Positions 59,203 through 64,000 of a DNA stretch of 64,000 bases are shown piece after piece. This DNA is from Planctomycetota bacterium (GTDB lineage Bacteria > Planctomycetota > UBA8742 > UBA2392). The stretch covers positions 57,301 to 121,300 of the forward strand of contig JADKGX010000002.1 in NCBI GenBank assembly GCA_016722065.1, in the 5' to 3' direction. Below the pieces are notes generated by a model that saw only the letters and a program-made list of their open reading frames with translations, had not been told where the DNA came from and ran no database searches. A program made the position numbers and the translations under genes. Position 1 is the first letter of the stretch. Every line of letters starts with the position of its first letter.

Positions 59203-60664
59203 GGGCGGCGCCTCGCGGGTTGTGGCTGCTGCCACAAGCTCAAGCCACCATCGTAAACGGTGCACCCACGCTGCTCGCGGCCGGGCAACAATCTTGGATC
59301 CAGGCGCGGGGCCTGATGGCCACGGTTTCCTAGCCGCGGGTCGTGGTACTTTCGGGCGATGGCCTCAAGCTGCGCCAGCGTGGCGCACGTTGGGGCCGGT
59401 GCGTAACTTTCGCGCCACGCCGGGCGGCCTGCTTTGAGCCAGTCTTGGGCGTCCATCTGCAAGCGCAAAGGCCAGCGCCCGCGCCGGGCCTCGTCAATCG
59501 CGGCATCCTGAAACGGCGCCAGCCGCGCGGCAAACGCGTCGGCCATCGCTTCACGGTCTGCGCGGGCCTGGTCTCGCGCGGAATCCTGCGCCTGATGCAA
59601 CTGCCTGCGGTTCGCAAGTGTTGACTCGTCAAGGGCGCGGCCTTGTGGCTGTTGGTCGTTGCCGTTGGCTGGTAGCTGCATGGCCTGGCGCAAGGCGGCG
59701 CGGCGCTGTTGGTCTTGGTGCCAGCGGTCTACCGTGATTGCGCCCTCGGGCAACGTGAGACGTTCGCCGCGTTGGAAACGGCGCACCATATCGCGCAAGA
59801 ATCCCCAACATTCGTTGGCCTGCTGTTGCGGTTTGCGAGTTTCTCCAGCGCCATCGTGAGCGCAGCGGGCGTGGCGCTGGCGCCGATCTGTGCAAAGTCG
59901 CGCATATCGGCGGGCGTTAGCAGGCAGACCACGCGGGCGAAAGCTGCAAGGGCGTCGGGGCTCCCTTCTGCTGCTGCTTTATCTTGCTTCTGCATATCTG
60001 CTTTTAGGCGGTCGTCGGATGGGCTTGCTGGTGCGGTTCCTGGGCGTTGGTTGGTGGTGTATACCACCTGGTTTGGTGGTATATGCGCGGGTGGGGTGGT
60101 GGTGTGCACCACCAACTCTGGTGGTGTAGACCACCTATCTTGGTGGTGTATACCACCAACTTTGGCGTCGGTTTCTGCGTCGGTTTCTGCCTGGATTTCG
60201 TCGCCCTGGTCGGCCTGGGTTTCGGTGTTATCCACACTCTTGATGGGCGCGTTTCCGGTGTTCGTTTCTCGCCAGTATGGCCGGGCATCGCATAGCGATT
60301 TGAGATTGCTGACGGCCTGGGCGCCGTCGTGAAACACAAGCGCGCCGGTGCGGTCTTTCCATGCGCCATAGTCTGTGTTGAGGATGTAGCGGGCTTTGCT
60401 GGTCTCGATCAAGATGCCACGCCAGACCAGCCGCTTAAGTGCGCGGTAGCAGTCGCCACGGGCGCTGCGTTGGCTGTTGAGCCACGGGCCGGTGGCCACG
60501 TTGATCAGCGCAGATTTCTGCCATTGCTGCGGCGTGCCGTACATGTAAGCGATTGCCGACAACATCAAGCCGGATTCGGCCTGGCTCAAGTCCATTTGCG
60601 CCAGCGCAAAAAGCAAGTCGTGGCATGGCGTGGCGAAGGGCTTGGCGCGTAGTTTGTAGCTCAC
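59109..60664 (-). CDS. Lambda-O-like replication initiator; apparent -1 frameshift at 59803-59806; C-terminal end uncertain
   Basis: N-terminus LLFALAQMDLSQAE...AYMYG...ALKRLVWRGIL...LNTDYGAW resembles the Phage_rep_O winged helix; one more G gives NVGGFLRDMVRRF and joins ORF 59109-59798. Confidence 0.72.
60053..60157. repeat. Iteron array (putative origin) inside the rep gene
   Basis: GGTGG-N6-CCACC at 60053, 60098, 60120 and 60142, plus a half-site at 60075; spacing 22/23/22/22 bp. Confidence 0.85.
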
Positions 60665-60975
60665 TTGGCGGGCTCCTGCTTGGGCGCTGTGCGCCAGTAG
60701 ATTGCGTGTAAGGCCAGATACAACGCGGCCATGGGGCCGTGATTGATTGCGGCCTCTGTCATTGCGTGGCCTAGCTTGGCGGGGTTGCGGGCGGCCTGGG
60801 CGGCCTGGGCCAGCGCGCGCAAGATGGTTTCGCTGCTGGCCAAGCATTGCACGGGGCCGCGCGCCATCTCCCACGCTTCGACGGTCTCTGTCTGCACTCC
60901 GATCACGCGCGCCAGCACAAGGGTTGAAAGCCCAAGGTCGGCGCGCGTTTTCCAGACAAGATCGGGCGTGATCAT
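60661..60975 (-). CDS. XRE-type HTH transcriptional regulator
   Basis: TRADLGLSTLVLARVIGVQTETVEAWE. Confidence 0.8.
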   Translation of the reverse strand: MITPDLVWKTRADLGLSTLVLARVIGVQTETVEAWEMARGPVQCLASSETILRALAQAAQAARNPAKLGHAMTEAAINHGPMAALYLALHAIYWRTAPKQEPAK

Positions 60976-61304
60976 TGCTCGGCCTCGTCGCCATCCCACG
61001 GGCCTGATGCGGGGCTTATGGCCATGCGGCGGGCGGCCTGTAGGTCTGCGCGGGTGTCCAGCGGGTTTGCTTTGTTGCTGCGCAGCGCTGGCGGGATGGA
61101 GGCATCGCGCACGCGGGCGCGCGCAAGCATGGCAAGCAATGCCTTGGGCGTTTGCTCAATGCCCGTGGCGCGGCTGGTTTCCATCAAGATACCGGCCACG
61201 CTTCGCCCGTCTCGCCATAGCTCGATGGCAAGGGCGCGGGCGTCGGCGCGGGCTTCTGTGATGCGGCGGCGCAAGCTGCGCGCAATGGTGGTGGGGGCAT
61301 TCAT
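60972..61304 (-). CDS. Putative DNA-binding protein
   Basis: AIELWRDGRSVAGI helix pattern; translationally coupled on both sides. Confidence 0.55.
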   Translation of the reverse strand: MNAPTTIARSLRRRITEARADARALAIELWRDGRSVAGILMETSRATGIEQTPKALLAMLARARVRDASIPPALRSNKANPLDTRADLQAARRMAISPASGPWDGDEAEQ

Positions 61305-61594
61305 TGTTGCACCACCTGGCGCAAGCCGCGCACAACGCCAATGCAAAGGCGGGCGGGCGGCTTGCCTTCGCAGTAGAAGCGCAACGCGGTGGGGTGGCCG
61401 TTGGCGTCGTACTCGGCGCCATCGGCGCGGAAGCCTGGGCAAGCTGTCGAGCAACATTTGCCATCGGCGGAAAGCGGGCAAGCGGTGGCCTCTGCAAGTT
61501 CTTCCTCGGTGGCCTTCACGCGGCTAAACGTGCCGGGCGCACCTGGAAGCCGCAGACCATCGCGGCCAAACAAGCCCTGGTTGACGGTTTTCAA
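61301..61594 (-). CDS. Small Cys-rich protein
   Basis: CP...CCSTACP...C...C pattern; GTGA/ATGA overlaps. Confidence 0.6.
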   Translation of the reverse strand: MKTVNQGLFGRDGLRLPGAPGTFSRVKATEEELAEATACPLSADGKCCSTACPGFRADGAEYDANGHPTALRFYCEGKPPARLCIGVVRGLRQVVQQ

Positions 61595-62085
61595 GCTGCA
61601 CCACCTTGCGCGCGCTGCGCGTAGGTGGCGGCCCGTAGAACGCTGGCGGTGGCTTCGGCGGCGCGCTGGTTATCGGGAACGTAACCAAAAAGCATGGCCG
61701 TGTCTCCGCGCCCATGCACCCCACAAGCCAAGATCACGGCCTCGGGCTTGCTGTTGTTCGGGTTGATCACTGGCGCCGTGCGGAAGTCGCTGCACACTGA
61801 GCCTGCGCAGTGGGCCAGATGCCCGCGCGGGCATTTCGTGGCCTCGCAAGCCTCGGCCACGGTGCGGAAGCGGCGCAAGCCTGCATCGGGTGAGATTGGC
61901 TCGGGCTCGCGGGCCTGGGCGATGGCCTGGGCCGGTGTGGCCGGGGCGCCCTTTTGGATGCGCCAGCCGCCACGGCTGCCGCACTCGCCAGCGCTGCATA
62001 GTTGCTTTGCAAGCGCGCCGTCGCGCTTGTGGTTCCATGGGCGGCTTGCGCCGCACTCCTTGCACTCGATTAACACGTCGTCCAC
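61591..62085 (-). CDS. Cys-rich two-module Zn-binding protein; first gene of the element
   Basis: CKEC...CSAGEC and a second C...CP...CAGSVC...C module; AAGGAAAG RBS. Confidence 0.65.
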   Translation of the reverse strand: MDDVLIECKECGASRPWNHKRDGALAKQLCSAGECGSRGGWRIQKGAPATPAQAIAQAREPEPISPDAGLRRFRTVAEACEATKCPRGHLAHCAGSVCSDFRTAPVINPNNSKPEAVILACGVHGRGDTAMLFGYVPDNQRAAEATASVLRAATYAQRAQGGAA

Positions 62086-62137
62086 CTTTCCTTGTGGACT
62101 GGCGTGTCCGCCTGTTCGCTTCCGGGCGTAATCTTCT

Positions 62138-62165
62138 ACGTCCGATAATCGATCTTATGTTCGGT
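62138..62165 (+). other. attR = intact dif-like site (XerC arm / 6-bp overlap / XerD arm)
   Basis: ACGTCCGATAA-TCGATC-TTATGTTCGGT; 11-6-11 layout with ATAA/TTAT inner symmetry; right arm matches E. coli TTATGTTAAAT at 8/11. Confidence 0.82.
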
Positions 62166-62330
62166 TGAGGTCAGGCGGGGCGGTTTGGCTGCGGTTGGCT
62201 GTGCCAAGGGCTTTTACGGCCAAATGCCTGCTGGTTCTACTCGGCACATGGCCATTTCGGCCCGGCGTTTCTGGCCATGCCGCGTTATCATCCTGACGCC
62301 CTGATTTGACCCCGTGGAGTGCCTGCGCTG

Positions 62331-63563
62331 ATGACACTGCGTCCTGTTCTGCTGGCGATTTTACTTGCCGCCAGTGCCTTGCCTGCTGCCAATGTTGCCG
62401 TCAACCTTTCCGGCACGACGAATCAGCCCTTTGCCAACAAGCTCGTCGATACCGACGTGCAGGTTGCCCGCTTTGTTCTGCAGGCCAGTGGCGGCGATGT
62501 AACCATCGATGGCATCACGATTGACTTTTCCAATCCCACCAATGCGGCCTTGGCTTTCTCCGGTGTGCGGCTGTTTTACGACGCCAACGGCAACGGCACA
62601 TTTGAAGACCCGGCGGAAGAACTTGGCAGCGTCCAGGCCGTTGGCACCGGCGCCGTTACGTTCACGGAGACTTTCACGGCCCTCAATGGCCTGATTCGCG
62701 AGCTTCAGGTTCGCGTACACATTGGCAATAACGTGGCTGTGTATGGCGAGGCCTTCCAGGCCCGGATTGACGCCGCAGGCAGCATTGTTCTGCCTGGCGC
62801 CAGCAGCGATACGGTCAGCGGAACGTTTCCAGCCACCGGCAACGCGATCACGATTCGCAACAGCGTCAACCAGCTTGTGCAAGGCACTGGCAACCCGGCC
62901 ACGCCGCGCACAGTGGCCAAAGGCAGCCAGAGTGTTTCCGGGGTTCACTTCATCGTTGATTGCCAGGTGGCAACCAACCCCGGAGAACTTGTGGGCATAG
63001 ATCTGCAAAGCCTTGCGATCAGCGTGACGACCCAGACAGCCGGGCAAACGGCGGCGGTTTCTGGTGTCAGCCTGTGGCAAGACGACGGCGATGGGCTGTT
63101 TGAGCCCGGCGCCGGCGAGATTCAAATTCTTGGGCGCACCCCGGCCGACGTAGGCAAATGGATTGCTGCCGGCAACGTGATTACCGTGACCTTTGACGGA
63201 ACATCGATCGCCGTGCTGCCGCAGATCAACACTGGGCAGGCGCGGGCGTTCTGGGCCAGCATTAGTTTTGTTGGTGGCATGGAATGTGTGTGCCAGGTTT
63301 CGATCAATCGCACGGGCATTCAGGGCTCGCTGGGCAACCTTGCGGACTTCTTCGTAACAAGCCCGGCATCGATTCAAGGCGAGGTAATCACCGTGGCCGA
63401 TGTGCCAAAGGGTGACAAGGCCCCCGAAGCCTCCGGGGAGGGCGGCTGCAGTACGGCCGGACAGCCATTTTCGGGTCTTAGTCTGGCCTGGTTGCTGGCA
63501 GGAATTGCTTCGGGTTTGTGCTTGCGTAATCGTAGAGTAAAGCAAGCAAAATTACCCAACTAA
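62331..63563 (+). CDS. Exported beta-rich surface protein with GGCS-type C-terminal sorting tail
   Basis: Signal peptide; repeated LFYDANGNG / LWQDDGDG motifs; ends GGCST-spacer-TM-RNRR. Confidence 0.8.
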   Translation: MTLRPVLLAILLAASALPAANVAVNLSGTTNQPFANKLVDTDVQVARFVLQASGGDVTIDGITIDFSNPTNAALAFSGVRLFYDANGNGTFEDPAEELGSVQAVGTGAVTFTETFTALNGLIRELQVRVHIGNNVAVYGEAFQARIDAAGSIVLPGASSDTVSGTFPATGNAITIRNSVNQLVQGTGNPATPRTVAKGSQSVSGVHFIVDCQVATNPGELVGIDLQSLAISVTTQTAGQTAAVSGVSLWQDDGDGLFEPGAGEIQILGRTPADVGKWIAAGNVITVTFDGTSIAVLPQINTGQARAFWASISFVGGMECVCQVSINRTGIQGSLGNLADFFVTSPASIQGEVITVADVPKGDKAPEASGEGGCSTAGQPFSGLSLAWLLAGIASGLCLRNRRVKQAKLPN

Positions 63564-63571
63564 GGAAACCA

Positions 63572-64000
63572 ATGAGACTGCATTTAGCGTTGTCGGCGCT
63601 TACTGCAATCGCATTCGCCACCACGGCCTCAGCGGCCGTAAGCGTGGGCGACATGGCTCCGAACTTCAAGTTCGAGAAGACCTGGAATGCGACCGGTGCG
63701 CAGACCCAACTGGACGACTATCGCGGTAAGCTCGTGATCGTCGAAGCCTGGGCGACGTGGTGAGGACCCTGCATGGCGGGGGTCCCGCACTTGAAGGAAC
63801 TGTACGCGAAATACAAGGATCGCGGCCTGGAACTTCTGGCCGTAAGTAACGAAGAAGAATCCAAGATTGCGGGTTTTGTCAACGGCGACAAGAAGCCCAA
63901 CTACACAGTCATACGATACAGCAAGATTGCCGAATTGTACGGGCTGAAAGGCTGGCCCTCAGCGTGGGTTCTGGATGCCGAAGGCAAGGTTTTGTGGGCC
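63572..64000 (+). CDS. TlpA/ResA-like thioredoxin, probable selenoprotein (UxxC); runs off window
   Basis: VGDMAPNF...YRGKLVIVEAWATW-TGA-GPCMAGVPHLKELY...; the frame stays open past the TGA at 63761-63763 to the window end. Confidence 0.85.
63764..63785 (+). promoter_or_regulatory. Candidate SECIS hairpin
   Basis: GGACCCT(GC)-ATG-(GC)G-GGGGTCC stem starting immediately after the UGA. Confidence 0.5.

Larger units (their letters stand above)
45117..62154. mobile_element. dif-integrated, integrase-less provirus (IMEX); putative tailless membrane-containing dsDNA virus
   Basis: Exact 19-bp terminal direct repeats on a dif-like site; co-oriented minus-strand early (Rep/HTH) and late (membrane/capsid-like) operons; no housekeeping genes inside. 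Confidence 0.85.

Noticed and set aside
60053-60157. CRISPR-like array
   Set aside because: Units are 16 bp with only 6-7 bp between them, lie in a coding frame, and no cas genes are present; they fit iterons
45117-62154. Tailed (Caudoviricetes) prophage
   Set aside because: No terminase, portal, HK97-like capsid, tail or tape-measure cassette recognisable; too small and too rich in membrane proteins
45117-62154. Filamentous phage (inovirus) like CTXphi, given the dif integration
   Set aside because: No Zot/pI ATPase, no HUH or Rep_trans initiator, no tiny pVIII-like coat gene; the iteron/O-type replicon implies dsDNA
45117-62154. Diversity-generating retroelement or retron in the element
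   Set aside because: No reverse-transcriptase motif and no template/variable repeat pair seen

Overview
GC-rich bacterial chromosome segment. The host is probably a Planctomycetota-type organism; this is inference from gene content (eukaryote-like Ser/Thr kinase, Gld-like ABC system, ccsA-hemA pair, GGCS-type C-terminal sorting tails). Bases 1-44900 and 62166-64000 are host genes, including tRNA-Lys(CTT), ispF, cysS, bioB, purD, hemA, mlaEFD, dusB, an HtrA protease, spoVR, a large S8 protease, dapA and a probable UGA-recoded TlpA selenoprotein. The main result is a 17,019-bp integrated element (45117-62154) bounded by an exact 19-bp direct repeat, CTACGTCCGATAATCGATC. This repeat is the XerC arm plus 6-bp overlap of a dif-like site: an intact dif is rebuilt at the right junction, and the left junction has a degenerate XerD arm. 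I found no integrase, terminase, portal, tail or packaging-ATPase gene in it. It does encode a lambda-O-like initiator with five 22-bp-spaced palindromic iterons inside the gene, a transglutaminase-like protein, a histone-H1-like basic protein, many small membrane proteins, beta-rich jelly-roll-like capsid candidates (one carrying a head-fibre-like insert), a spike-like gene, a holin-like/lipoprotein pair and left-end cargo (DUF4145, GIY-YIG). The best interpretation is a tailless, probably membrane-containing dsDNA provirus that hijacks host XerCD (an IMEX). The capsid and fold calls are pattern-based and need HHpred/structure confirmation. At least seven single-base frameshifts, most in homopolymers, suggest long-read consensus errors, so pseudogene calls are tentative.
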